Under the pieces are notes generated by a model. The model saw only the letters and a list, made by a program, of their open reading frames with translations. It did not search any database and was not told the DNA's origin. A stretch of DNA of 64,000 nt from a virus. Shown here in pieces: positions 39,475-48,705 of the stretch. Each line of letters opens with the position of its first letter. Positions within the stretch are counted from its first letter, which is position 1. Position numbers and translations under genes: made by a program. The stretch is taken from the UHGV virus genome UHGV-1370141; one strand, written 5' to 3'.

Positions 39475-40515
39475 TTATACTGCGACGGGGGCCGCAATAT
39501 GTGGATGAGCTTGATAACCAACTAATTCGAAGTCTTCGTATTTGTAATCGAAGATAGAATCCGGTTTACGTTTGATAACCAGTTTAGGTAACGGGTAAGG
39601 CTCACGTGTAAGTTGAAGTTTTGCTTGTTCCAGATGGTTAGAATACAGATGAACGTCTACACCACTATAAACCAACTCGTCTGGAACCATGTTCAGTTGT
39701 TGAGCAACGATGTATGTTAACAACGCGTACGAAGCGATGTTGAACGGTAAACCTAAGAATACGTCGTTTGATCGCATCAGGAAGAAACACGAAAGCTTAC
39801 GACGCGGAATACCTTCACGATCTAAAGTTTCATGAAGTCGTTCTTCATCATCAATATCTTCGTGTTTAATAAGCGGTGCGCTCGCAAATTTTTCCGGTTC
39901 GTTTACTTCGTACCATTCCAGTCTCTCAAGCAGTGACATTTCCGTTGTGTAGAATTGGAAGTAGTTGTGACACGGGTTAAGTGCCATATCGTCCAAGTCA
40001 CTTACGTTCCAGGCACTAACAATAATACGGCGGGAGTCAGGGTCTTCGAGAAGTTGTTGGATAACTTTGCTGATCTGGTCGTGAGATTTGCGATAAATAA
40101 CGATACTTTCTTCAGGGTTGTCCTTTGCAATAGTACCAACGTAGCGATAGCCTCGTTCTCTCAATACGTCTTTACTACGCTCGTCCCAAAGATAAACCAG
40201 TTTGGTATCCATCCATTCCCGCCACTGGTGTCCGTAGACAGGTCCTAATTCCCCTTCCGCATTCGCCCACTCGTTCCAGATTCTTACCCCATTCTCTTGC
40301 AGGTACTTCACGTTAGTGTCACCGTTCAAGAACCATAACAGTTCATGAATGATACTTTTCAGGTGAACCTTTTTCGTAGTAACTAATGGGAAACCTTCTT
40401 TCAGGTCAAAACGTAGTTGGCGACCAAATACAGAAAGTGTCCCTACACCTGTACGGTCTTTCTTAACAACGCCGTTATCCAGAATGTCTTGCATTAACGC
40501 TAAATACTGTTTCAT
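39475..40515 (-). CDS. thyA: thymidylate synthase (ThyA family) with two insertions, 346 aa
   Basis: MKQYL...[12 protein letters not shown]...FPLVTTKK...[12 protein letters not shown]; [13 protein letters not shown]; active-site [10 protein letters not shown]; [16 protein letters not shown]; [30 protein letters not shown]. Confidence 0.9.
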   Translation of the reverse strand: MKQYLALMQDILDNGVVKKDRTGVGTLSVFGRQLRFDLKEGFPLVTTKKVHLKSIIHELLWFLNGDTNVKYLQENGVRIWNEWANAEGELGPVYGHQWREWMDTKLVYLWDERSKDVLRERGYRYVGTIAKDNPEESIVIYRKSHDQISKVIQQLLEDPDSRRIIVSAWNVSDLDDMALNPCHNYFQFYTTEMSLLERLEWYEVNEPEKFASAPLIKHEDIDDEERLHETLDREGIPRRKLSCFFLMRSNDVFLGLPFNIASYALLTYIVAQQLNMVPDELVYSGVDVHLYSNHLEQAKLQLTREPYPLPKLVIKRKPDSIFDYKYEDFELVGYQAHPHIAAPVAV

Positions 40516-40823
40516 TAGATTTTGTCCTTTTCGAGTTCAGTTAAAATTTCAAATAGGTCTGCGTTGGATTGCAGTACGACTTCACTGCCTTCTGCTACAA
40601 CGGTAATTGAAGGCTTCTTACCACGTAGCAAGAACTCCCAACGCATTGTTCTTACGTGGCTGTCGAGTAACTGCTTTAATTTGTGGTTAACTTCGACTTC
40701 CAATTTGCCCAGTAACTGTGGTGTAATAGCTTCGCCTGAGTTTTTGTTATAAAGCGTACGCACTAAAGAACGTAAAGAATAGCCAATGCATTGCGAAATT
40801 GCCCAACCCGAATAGTTTTCCAT
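40515..40823 (-). CDS. hypothetical protein (102 aa)
   Basis: ORF overlapping thyA start by 1 nt. Confidence 0.5.
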   Translation of the reverse strand: MENYSGWAISQCIGYSLRSLVRTLYNKNSGEAITPQLLGKLEVEVNHKLKQLLDSHVRTMRWEFLLRGKKPSITVVAEGSEVVLQSNADLFEILTELEKDKI

Positions 40824-40824
40824 G

Positions 40825-41370
40825 TTAATCCTTCAAAATGTCTTTAAGCTTTAGTTTTGTATAGAACGGAGAACCGCTTAGTTCTTCTGTCCAACTTATA
40901 CGTCCGTTCTGTAGAACCCGGTCGAAGATTAGGCCGTACATCTTTACAATTCTGGCCAATTGATAAAAGAGCGTCGTGAGGTGTAACCGACGCTCCATTT
41001 GTGCACGGGCGGTACAACTGCGCACCGCTTTGATAGCAAGTACCGCTTCTGGCATCAACGTAAGCGCGATTGACTCAGGATGTTCATTTTTCCATTTCTT
41101 AATGGCTAGTAGTCGGTGTAAAGATTTTTCAAGGGGACGTAAATCCCCGTTATTCATCACGTAAACCAAAGCAGCAATATCCCACAAGGCAATACCTACT
41201 GCTTTAGCAACAAACAACCCGTCCTGTGTTGTCGTGGACTCACAGACTTTGCCAATACTTCCGTAAACACGTGCAGTCCATGCGTCTGTCTGTTCGCCAG
41301 GTTTTATACCCGCGTTATCCAGAAAGTGTTTAAACGCATTAACATGATCAGTTAACTGTATTTGTTTCAT
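40825..41370 (-). CDS. hypothetical protein (181 aa)
   Basis: ORF. Confidence 0.5.
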   Translation of the reverse strand: MKQIQLTDHVNAFKHFLDNAGIKPGEQTDAWTARVYGSIGKVCESTTTQDGLFVAKAVGIALWDIAALVYVMNNGDLRPLEKSLHRLLAIKKWKNEHPESIALTLMPEAVLAIKAVRSCTARAQMERRLHLTTLFYQLARIVKMYGLIFDRVLQNGRISWTEELSGSPFYTKLKLKDILKD

Positions 41371-41384
41371 TTCCGATACCCGAT

Positions 41385-41849
41385 TTAGTCACGAGACTTT
41401 ATTTTAAGGTACGCAACCGCAGCTCCCATGATTGCAATACCGGCACCCCAACCTATCCTTTCTATTACACTCATATCGTCCCATCTTTTCTCTTCGTTAC
41501 GTCGTTTGGCCTCGTCTGCCCGTTCTCTCCACATCGCTTCGCGTTCCAGACAGCTGGGATTTATTTCCTCTTCACAACGACGTTTCCGTTCTTCTTCCCC
41601 AATCAGTTCTTCTAAATAGAGTCTCGTTTCTTCCACAGCTTGCTCATAGACGTCTATGCGATCGGGAAGAATTCTCCTGTGAGAGGCTTTGTTGCGAACG
41701 GAAGCAATCATGTGGAGTTTCCGTTCGTATTTTGGTTCGAGAAGATAGGCTATGCTTTTGGTCTTCTCATGAAGTCCACGACCAGTACCGCCGAGTTTTT
41801 CCACAAGTTCTTCTACAGAAATTGCAAGATCGAGAATATATCCACGCAT
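41385..41849 (-). CDS. hypothetical protein with C-terminal transmembrane helix (154 aa from ATG; track ORF 41385..41900 starts at a TTG)
   Basis: ATG at 41849 has GGAG SD 8 nt upstream; C-terminal IGWGAGIAIMGAAVAYL hydrophobic. Confidence 0.5.
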   Translation of the reverse strand: MRGYILDLAISVEELVEKLGGTGRGLHEKTKSIAYLLEPKYERKLHMIASVRNKASHRRILPDRIDVYEQAVEETRLYLEELIGEEERKRRCEEEINPSCLEREAMWRERADEAKRRNEEKRWDDMSVIERIGWGAGIAIMGAAVAYLKIKSRD

Positions 41850-41909
41850 AATTGTTTCTCCGCTTAAACGCAGTCTTGGGAGACATAAGTTTGTTCCCAA
41901 CTGTAAAAA

Positions 41910-42278
41910 TCATTTCAACAAAACAAGATGAATTTGGTATTCGTCATCCGCAGGAGAAGAATAGTCGCCGGTTTCAGGAAACGATAAATCCCCTAGTAGA
42001 CTGTGGAAGGATAATCCGTGTACAGCTTCAACTTTTCGTACAAGCGGAAAACCTGTTCTTTTAATCCAATTGTAATCGACAAACAAAACACCACCAGGAC
42101 TTCCCGAACCTGACCACACGCGAATGTCCACAGTCTTTCCTGAGAAGTTGGCAAGTACAGTGCGCAGTCCTAATAGCACATAACGGGGGAAGGGTACTTC
42201 AATAACTTGTTTTGGTAAAACAAATTCAGGGAATTTAAAACCGAAACCGTTGGGGGTATTAAAAAATTGAGCTTGCAT
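41910..42278 (-). CDS. hypothetical protein (122 aa)
   Basis: ORF. Confidence 0.5.
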   Translation of the reverse strand: MQAQFFNTPNGFGFKFPEFVLPKQVIEVPFPRYVLLGLRTVLANFSGKTVDIRVWSGSGSPGGVLFVDYNWIKRTGFPLVRKVEAVHGLSFHSLLGDLSFPETGDYSSPADDEYQIHLVLLK

Positions 42279-42299
42279 GGTAATTCTCCTTTAGGGTAA

Positions 42300-42336
42300 A
42301 AAATAAAAATACCCTACTCCCAGACAGGAGTAGGGT
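42300..42336 (-). terminator. intrinsic terminator (stem accctactcc / ggagtagggt, loop cagaca, U-run on minus strand)
   Basis: 10-bp perfect stem downstream of 42342..43001; identical stem reused at 61133..61158 and near 61750. Confidence 0.6.
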
Positions 42337-42341
42337 AGGTG

Positions 42342-43001
42342 TTACATACGGGTAACTGAATCCCAGTAATCACGAAGATATTCTTGGTCTTCAGGATCTT
42401 TTGGCGTAGCCGGAATATGGCCGTCAAACTCAAACGGAATCACGGACAACACATCCGCAATCTCGTAACGCTCGACTTCCAGTTCAACTTTCACCCAGTC
42501 ACCAACGCTGGTGCTACTACGCATCTCGGTGATAAGATCGTTAAAGTCACCTGAAACTTCAATGGCAGGGTGTCCGGTGGTGATTGTGAAAATATCAATA
42601 TCCCAATGCTTAGCCCCTTTATCGGCTAATTCACCCGGCTCTAAGTGAATACGTTTCACCAGGTGTGCCAAATAACCGTCTTTGTAAAAAGAGAGTGCGG
42701 AACTAATCCCGATATCCGAATTCTCTTCAACCTTTCCGTCCAGGAATTTACGCTTAAGCGTTAGCTGTGCCGTTCCGTCTTCTTTAATACGGATACGACG
42801 ACGCCCACCTTCTATCGGCATGAGAATGTCCATGAACATCTTGGCTTCTTGTGCGTGGAGCCAATCCCATCCCGCTTGCGTCGGTTTTACCCAAACGCAG
42901 TATTCCTTTTCGACTTCGTGTTTAATGGACTCACCAGCAACACGAATGATTTCTTCTTCCTGCGCTTTATCCAGCCGCGCTAGGGTATCGAACAATCCCA
43001 T
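42342..43001 (-). CDS. hypothetical protein (219 aa)
   Basis: ORF; start coupled to upstream stop. Confidence 0.55.
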   Translation of the reverse strand: MGLFDTLARLDKAQEEEIIRVAGESIKHEVEKEYCVWVKPTQAGWDWLHAQEAKMFMDILMPIEGGRRRIRIKEDGTAQLTLKRKFLDGKVEENSDIGISSALSFYKDGYLAHLVKRIHLEPGELADKGAKHWDIDIFTITTGHPAIEVSGDFNDLITEMRSSTSVGDWVKVELEVERYEIADVLSVIPFEFDGHIPATPKDPEDQEYLRDYWDSVTRM

Positions 43002-43822
43002 TAGATTAATCCCATACGTTCACTGACGTCCGTAATATCGAACGTCGAGTCGTTATAGTCGATGTTTTCTACAATAGAAATCACCAGATTAGGAAGCCAT
43101 TCAGAATGTAGTGGTGTAATCACCCGACCGTTCATGACGTAATAATGCAAGAACGGAAGATTCATCGAATGGCAGTAAGACAGGGTATTACCTAAACAAG
43201 ACCCGTCGTATTGCAATAGGTGCAACTTACGCAGCAGTGCATTCTTAAATGCACCAGTCGCGTAGCTACTAAACTCACCGGGACGGTAATCCGTTTTCCC
43301 GTAAATTGCCGCTTTTAATCGACGACCTAACTGAATACATTCCGTACCCGTTAACGTACGTAAACGAAGAATATCAGGAAATTCAGTCTCCAGACGTCCC
43401 ATCGTTTTAATCGAGTAACCCATGTGTAACATGTAGTCAACGATACGCAAGTAGTGATAGTAACCTTCCAACGTCAGGAACTGACCGTGTATCGTGTCAA
43501 ATTTTGACCCGTCGGGTTTCGCGTAGAAGTTACTGATCATCTTACCCACGGTAGTACGACCGTTGGAGTAAAAGTTGATGTGGTTCACCCCATCGGTAAA
43601 CGGGAGTTGTTCAGGTAAAGCACAAACATAGCCTAACCGTCTCAGGTATAGGACATAAGCAAGGCGCTCATCAGGCGTGAGTACAATGCTTGACGCGTTC
43701 ACGTAGGATTTAGAACGTAAATCGCCCGGCGCATAACCGAGCGTTAAAGCCAATGATTGAATGTCTTCACTTTGACTTTTGATTTTCTTTAATACGGAGC
43801 GCAGTAATTGTGGTTCGGACAT
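43001..43822 (-). CDS. hypothetical protein (273 aa from ATG at 43822; track ORF extends to 43864)
   Basis: In-frame ATG (residue 15) has AAGAGG SD overlapping upstream stop; upstream ATG lacks SD and overlaps the previous gene. Confidence 0.5.
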   Translation of the reverse strand: MSEPQLLRSVLKKIKSQSEDIQSLALTLGYAPGDLRSKSYVNASSIVLTPDERLAYVLYLRRLGYVCALPEQLPFTDGVNHINFYSNGRTTVGKMISNFYAKPDGSKFDTIHGQFLTLEGYYHYLRIVDYMLHMGYSIKTMGRLETEFPDILRLRTLTGTECIQLGRRLKAAIYGKTDYRPGEFSSYATGAFKNALLRKLHLLQYDGSCLGNTLSYCHSMNLPFLHYYVMNGRVITPLHSEWLPNLVISIVENIDYNDSTFDITDVSERMGLI

Positions 43823-43832
43823 ATCCGGCCTC

Positions 43833-45107
43833 TTAGATTGCAAAGTAGTCTTCCACGATTTCATCGGTAGACTGATAACTTACACTACCTGCCGCTAAAA
43901 CGTAGTTACGTTTTTCGGTGGTCATCAGCGCTTGTATCGCGTTAGCGCCTGCGTAAGTATAAAGTTTCAGTTCAGTGGTTTCGGGAGTAACGTTTTTCGT
44001 TTTATCCCATTTGGCATCCAGTGCTTTAAACAACGCTAACATTCGTGTCCCGTACGTACTAAAGCTCGTGCCGGTTTCCACACGCAAGTTAGCCATGATG
44101 TTTTGAATCACGGTTTCCGCAATCTGTTTGCCCTGACCTTCCTGAAGTTTGCCCAGGTAATACTCTGTTGAGTCCAAGTTGCCGGTAGCAGCAGCTTGAA
44201 TCATCAACTCCCCGTAAAGCGCCTCTTTTGCTTGATCGTCACTGATAGCCTGAATCATCGGGTCGATTTTTGCAGGCAATCCGTAACTGTTAAGTTTCGT
44301 AGACAGACCGTAGATCAACGCAGACGACGTGTTAATGTCTAACGCTGAAAAACTGTCACTGCCTTTGAAACTGTTAATCAAGTTGTCGATGGCTAAGAAA
44401 TCGTCAAGGTCTTTATAGCTGTCAAACGTGTGTTGTACGTCATCAATAACTGAGGTTATCTGGTAACGCATACTGTTGACTTCAGACATAAAGTTGTTGA
44501 CTTCATGACTGATTTCTGAAGGAAGCTTAGCCAGTTGACCTGCGATATTCAGCGTTCCTTCGAGACGCTTCTTCACGGAGGAGAAGTCAGTACCGATTCC
44601 TGACAGAAAAGAATCACTCAGCGACGAAAGGCTGTCCCAACCTTTGCCCAGTAAACTTCCTGAGTCACCGGGTGACAGATACCCTAGTGCTTTAAGCCCT
44701 TCCTCATTAACCTTTTTGAAAGGTTCTGAAACATCACGCTTCTGCGGATCGAGAACAGGTAGTGTCTCTTTAGTGTTAGAAGCAAACCCAGGAACTTTTT
44801 GTCCTGGGGAAACACCGGAGGTGGAGCTGCCTGCTGTTTTGGTACCCCCTACGCTGGCAATGTCACTACCACCGAACAGGTTACCGATTTTTGAGGTCAG
44901 TTCACTTCCACCGCTGATGAGTTTGTTAAAGGTTTCACCAGCACGATCGGAAAGCTGACTGACTTTATCTACGGTATTCTGAATGCCACGTTCGGCGTTC
45001 TCTACCGTAGATTGTACTCGGTTAACCGCATTCTTCGCGGTATTAACCGAGTTGTCGATAGCCGATTGACCTTTGTTAATCTGGCCGGTTATCTGATCGA
45101 GTTTCAT
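43833..45107 (-). CDS. hypothetical protein (424 aa), Ser/Gly-rich with predicted coiled-coil N-terminus; possibly structural
   Basis: ORF; low-complexity S/G-rich segments. Confidence 0.55.
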   Translation of the reverse strand: MKLDQITGQINKGQSAIDNSVNTAKNAVNRVQSTVENAERGIQNTVDKVSQLSDRAGETFNKLISGGSELTSKIGNLFGGSDIASVGGTKTAGSSTSGVSPGQKVPGFASNTKETLPVLDPQKRDVSEPFKKVNEEGLKALGYLSPGDSGSLLGKGWDSLSSLSDSFLSGIGTDFSSVKKRLEGTLNIAGQLAKLPSEISHEVNNFMSEVNSMRYQITSVIDDVQHTFDSYKDLDDFLAIDNLINSFKGSDSFSALDINTSSALIYGLSTKLNSYGLPAKIDPMIQAISDDQAKEALYGELMIQAAATGNLDSTEYYLGKLQEGQGKQIAETVIQNIMANLRVETGTSFSTYGTRMLALFKALDAKWDKTKNVTPETTELKLYTYAGANAIQALMTTEKRNYVLAAGSVSYQSTDEIVEDYFAI

Positions 45108-45919
45108 TCTGTACTCCGAAATTGATAAGCCTCGAGGTCAACCGTGTGAACGACTTCGTAAATCTTGTTGTCGTTTTTGCGTTTTAACGTCAACAGAATG
45201 TCGAATTTCTTCACATCAATCGCCTTGAGTATCCTCATAAACCATTTCCAAGACAGCTTCTTTTTCAGTCGCATGTTGTGCTGCATATTGTGCCGCATGT
45301 CGTTGCGTTTAGAAGCGATAGGAAGACAGTTCTCTGGATTATTAACATAGTTCGTTGAAAGTCGATGCCACCAATCCGAAGTCATTTTGATATTCGCAAA
45401 GATTGTCCACAGGAGTCTCGAAAGGGGGTGTTCCATCGTCTTTGCTGTCCCCGCACAATCTCGGAAGAAACGATTTAATTCCGTACTGGCACTGGCCGTC
45501 GGTTTCTCGTTACAGTCTTCAAAATCGTAGCGGATAAGATCGTCACGCACTCGTGTGGTGACTTCAGAAATGGTTTTTGTCTGGAAACGTCCACGGTAAG
45601 TCGTTATACAGATTCTTAACGATTCTACTCCGGTAATCACTAACCCTTCCGTGAAACCTCGCCACGTAAGGTCAACTGGTAAGTCACGGTTGTTACCTGA
45701 GGTAAGTTTCGTTGAGATGCGTTGTACTCGATCTTCGAGAACGGCCTTCGAACGTGTGCGGAAATCAGGGGACAGGATGTGTCTTGCAACTGCAAGCTTA
45801 TAATCTTTAGGTTCCCACCCAATCTGAGTTTTATATTCCCAGTAAAGTTTTTGCAACGGTTTACCCGCACGTTCTTCTTCGTCTCGTTGCAGTTTTGCTT
45901 TTGCTTCGTTATCCATCAC
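45104..45919 (-). CDS. hypothetical protein (271 aa)
   Basis: ORF with 4-nt overlap to downstream gene. Confidence 0.5.
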   Translation of the reverse strand: MMDNEAKAKLQRDEEERAGKPLQKLYWEYKTQIGWEPKDYKLAVARHILSPDFRTRSKAVLEDRVQRISTKLTSGNNRDLPVDLTWRGFTEGLVITGVESLRICITTYRGRFQTKTISEVTTRVRDDLIRYDFEDCNEKPTASASTELNRFFRDCAGTAKTMEHPLSRLLWTIFANIKMTSDWWHRLSTNYVNNPENCLPIASKRNDMRHNMQHNMRLKKKLSWKWFMRILKAIDVKKFDILLTLKRKNDNKIYEVVHTVDLEAYQFRSTE

Positions 45920-45949
45920 TTCACCTTGTTACAAGGGGTTAACTGATTA

Positions 45950-46498
45950 TTAAACAGGTCGGTTTAAAAGGTAGTGTTCGATGAGTACCTCCATTTCACG
46001 AAACAAATGTGCACAGTGATTTACCAATGCCCGATCTTCATCGGTCTTGGGCTTTAAGAAAATATCTTCGTAAGGTTCGATAAGCTCGAGTAACTGCGTT
46101 AGCTTATAATAGGCAACCGCCGGATTGGACGTCCCAAAATAAGTGTCTAACCAGCGGTTTTCTGATGAGTCTTTTTGTTTACTTAACGACTCTGGCAATG
46201 ATAACCACTCGATAGAGGTTCCATTAATCGTGCGTTGGTATTCGTTGATATAAAAAGCAAGACGTTGGTAAAGAATATCGAGATTAGCGATACGTAACTC
46301 GAGATTACCACGTAAGCTGGGGTGGTAGGGTTCGGTATCTACGTTTATAGGCAACGTAAGCAACCGTAAGCCGCTAAACGTTCTCACGTAGGGGTTATGG
46401 ATGTTCTTATGAAACTCCTGCCTTAGAGACTCTCTGAGAGCCTGTAAACGCTTTTGCTGTAGACGTTTCTTAAAACGTGTTATTAATCCTGTAAACAT
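45950..46498 (-). CDS. hypothetical protein (182 aa)
   Basis: ATG with GGAG SD; AT-rich motif 29 nt upstream. Confidence 0.55.
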   Translation of the reverse strand: MFTGLITRFKKRLQQKRLQALRESLRQEFHKNIHNPYVRTFSGLRLLTLPINVDTEPYHPSLRGNLELRIANLDILYQRLAFYINEYQRTINGTSIEWLSLPESLSKQKDSSENRWLDTYFGTSNPAVAYYKLTQLLELIEPYEDIFLKPKTDEDRALVNHCAHLFREMEVLIEHYLLNRPV

Positions 46499-46526
46499 AA
46501 TTCACTCCGAAAGAATGTCTCACGTA

Positions 46527-46539
46527 AATAATATCTGTC
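46527..46539 (-). promoter_or_regulatory. conserved AT-rich motif (plus-strand AATAATATCTGTC), candidate promoter in divergent region
   Basis: 29 nt upstream of minus gene start 46498; about 32 nt upstream of plus gene start 46571. Confidence 0.3.
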
Positions 46540-46570
46540 TGACTTCTTTTTGAAAATGAGGTGGTTTTAA

Positions 46571-47035
46571 ATGGCTGAAGAAGAAGTGAAATACCAGGCG
46601 TTAGATGGTGAAGTAGACGACGAAGAATCGCTTCTCCGCCAAACGCAACAAGCCCGTGTCAGAATTGTCAATCTAATCTTAGACGATCCTAATGCTCACA
46701 AAGACTTAAAGACCGTGGATCGTATCGGGACGTTATTAAACGACCTAGATAAGCAGATCATTTCTAAACGTCGTGTTGCCGCTGCCCAGAAAAACAGTGA
46801 AGCGAACCAAGACTTGGCTAACGCACTGAATACAATTCTGATGCAACGCGGTAACGTGAAAATAAAACGTCACGATGAAGAACCTGATGAAAATAATGGT
46901 TACCAACCCACCCTTCCAGACATTCCTAACGTAGAAATCTCGGAAGGGGAGTTGGCTCCGGTTGGCGAACAAATTGACGTGAAGTCCATTATGACTGCGG
47001 CGTTTGCGCGTCCTTCTTCGGACGAGCCAGACTAA
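46571..47035 (+). CDS. hypothetical acidic protein (154 aa)
   Basis: ATG with GAGGTGG SD; 3' end overlaps convergent gene by 47 nt. Confidence 0.5.
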   Translation: MAEEEVKYQALDGEVDDEESLLRQTQQARVRIVNLILDDPNAHKDLKTVDRIGTLLNDLDKQIISKRRVAAAQKNSEANQDLANALNTILMQRGNVKIKRHDEEPDENNGYQPTLPDIPNVEISEGELAPVGEQIDVKSIMTAAFARPSSDEPD

Positions 47036-47711
47036 ATAGCGCAGAATCACGTGGGTCGACACCGACCCACTCTGCCATAAACCGGATGTGTTCCTTGAAC
47101 GGATTCACACCATCGCGTTTAAGCTGCTCTACCGTCTCTTTTGTAAGTTCCGGCGTTAGCAGGGCAGGGTGCGTAATGGTAAAGCTAGGGATAGGCTTTT
47201 TCAGATGTTTCGCATTGAGTTCAATCCAAGCGAACCAATCGTACATTATCCAACAATCCCAAGCTGTCGCTAAACGACCCGGCGTAAGTTCCGAATGCGG
47301 CCACGACACTAACTCAACCTGCACCATATCGTAATAGATACGGAACATCTGCAAGAACGTTTGCATTTCTTGGTCAGTAAGATCAGTATACGGCCAGGTG
47401 TTAATTGTCAGCGTCGGTTTTTCGATAGGCGAATGCATCTCGATTTCGAGTAACATACATTCGAACTCGTTCTTCATCGTCAACAACAGTTCGGTGGGTT
47501 CTGCATTCATCAACGCGCGTTTATCGCGTTTCTGATATTCCTCTTTCCAATTCTCAAACCCCAAGACAGTCGCCCATTCCTCCGTAAAACGACGACGATA
47601 AACGTCGTAATCCATAATTTCCAATCTTTCAGGTTTGATGGCTTTGACCCAACCGATTCGGGTGTCAAACAACGCATCGATATCAATCAAAAAACGTCGA
47701 GAAAATCTCAT
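46989..47711 (-). CDS. hypothetical protein (240 aa)
   Basis: ORF. Confidence 0.5.
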   Translation of the reverse strand: MRFSRRFLIDIDALFDTRIGWVKAIKPERLEIMDYDVYRRRFTEEWATVLGFENWKEEYQKRDKRALMNAEPTELLLTMKNEFECMLLEIEMHSPIEKPTLTINTWPYTDLTDQEMQTFLQMFRIYYDMVQVELVSWPHSELTPGRLATAWDCWIMYDWFAWIELNAKHLKKPIPSFTITHPALLTPELTKETVEQLKRDGVNPFKEHIRFMAEWVGVDPRDSALFSLARPKKDAQTPQS

Positions 47712-48376
47712 GACGGATGGCCTATGTTGTTACCAATGTGCATCGCTTTCAGATACGCAGACCAGGTACGTGTTGCTTTCGAACTGGTACGTTCTGCTCC
47801 CGGCAGGTCAATACGTCCCTTACCGGTTTGACGTAACGATTGATAGAACGCACGTTGTAAAGCTTCGTTACCCCCACGCGCCCACAGAAACTCTTTCAGT
47901 GTCCAGTCGTGACCATCGGAGTACATGATGTACGCTTCTGGGAAAGATACACCAGATGCTTTAGAAGGACCAACAACTTGACCGGAGAGTTTATCACGAA
48001 CTTTGTCGTTCTTCGCTACTGCCATTTTCTTTTCTTGCATCTGCGTTTGACGACGCGCAGGCAAGCGCAATACCAGATGTGGGTAGCGGGTACGATGGAA
48101 AACACCCGTTTTCGGCTCAGTTAACCACAATCGCTGTTCCAGGTTCAAACCTAAAACACGACATAGCTTAACGTTTCGCATGTGGTCGATTTTAACTTTA
48201 CTGCCGACCGGGTTGTAAATCGGTAAGCCTTCACGAAGACGATTAAACTGTTCGTCCGTCATTCGAGCAAAGGCTTTCTTTGCTGCCTCTGCGTTAATCC
48301 CAGAGGGGTCAACCAGGCTTAAGATTTGTAAGGCGTAAGCTTCTGCTTTTTTACGCCGCGCTGGATCGAGTTTCAT
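47708..48376 (-). CDS. hypothetical protein (222 aa)
   Basis: ORF. Confidence 0.5.
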   Translation of the reverse strand: MKLDPARRKKAEAYALQILSLVDPSGINAEAAKKAFARMTDEQFNRLREGLPIYNPVGSKVKIDHMRNVKLCRVLGLNLEQRLWLTEPKTGVFHRTRYPHLVLRLPARRQTQMQEKKMAVAKNDKVRDKLSGQVVGPSKASGVSFPEAYIMYSDGHDWTLKEFLWARGGNEALQRAFYQSLRQTGKGRIDLPGAERTSSKATRTWSAYLKAMHIGNNIGHPS

Positions 48377-48650
48377 TTTCTACCGCCTTACGCAAGTTGG
48401 AAAGTGTCCCTGCTTCGAGGGTTTCAATCCAATAACTGATGTCGTCGGTGTTTTCAGGTACGTCGAATTTCACCGGCGGGTAACCGTAGTGTTCGAGTAA
48501 CTTGGAATAATATTCACCGACCTTTAAACAAAAAGATTCACGATCGGGAAAGAAAGTAGCGAAAGTCTCACGAAATGCCGCTGCTGTTTCCAGACTGACG
48601 CTGGCTAAACCTTCGCTTAAGCGCTCCACAATCTCCGTTTGATAACGCAT
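48351..48650 (-). CDS. hypothetical protein (99 aa)
   Basis: ATG with AAGGAG SD immediately after a hairpin. Confidence 0.5.
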   Translation of the reverse strand: MRYQTEIVERLSEGLASVSLETAAAFRETFATFFPDRESFCLKVGEYYSKLLEHYGYPPVKFDVPENTDDISYWIETLEAGTLSNLRKAVENETRSSAA

Positions 48651-48665
48651 AACGACTCCTTAGCT

Positions 48666-48705
48666 AGGGTAGGGGATTACCCTACCCTAACGCTTTTATT
48701 TCTTT
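48666..48705 (+). other. stem-loop (agggtaggg / ccctaccct, loop gatta) with T-run only on the plus strand, inside a minus-strand gene string
   Basis: 9-bp perfect stem; oriented as a terminator for antisense (plus-strand) transcription. Confidence 0.4.
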
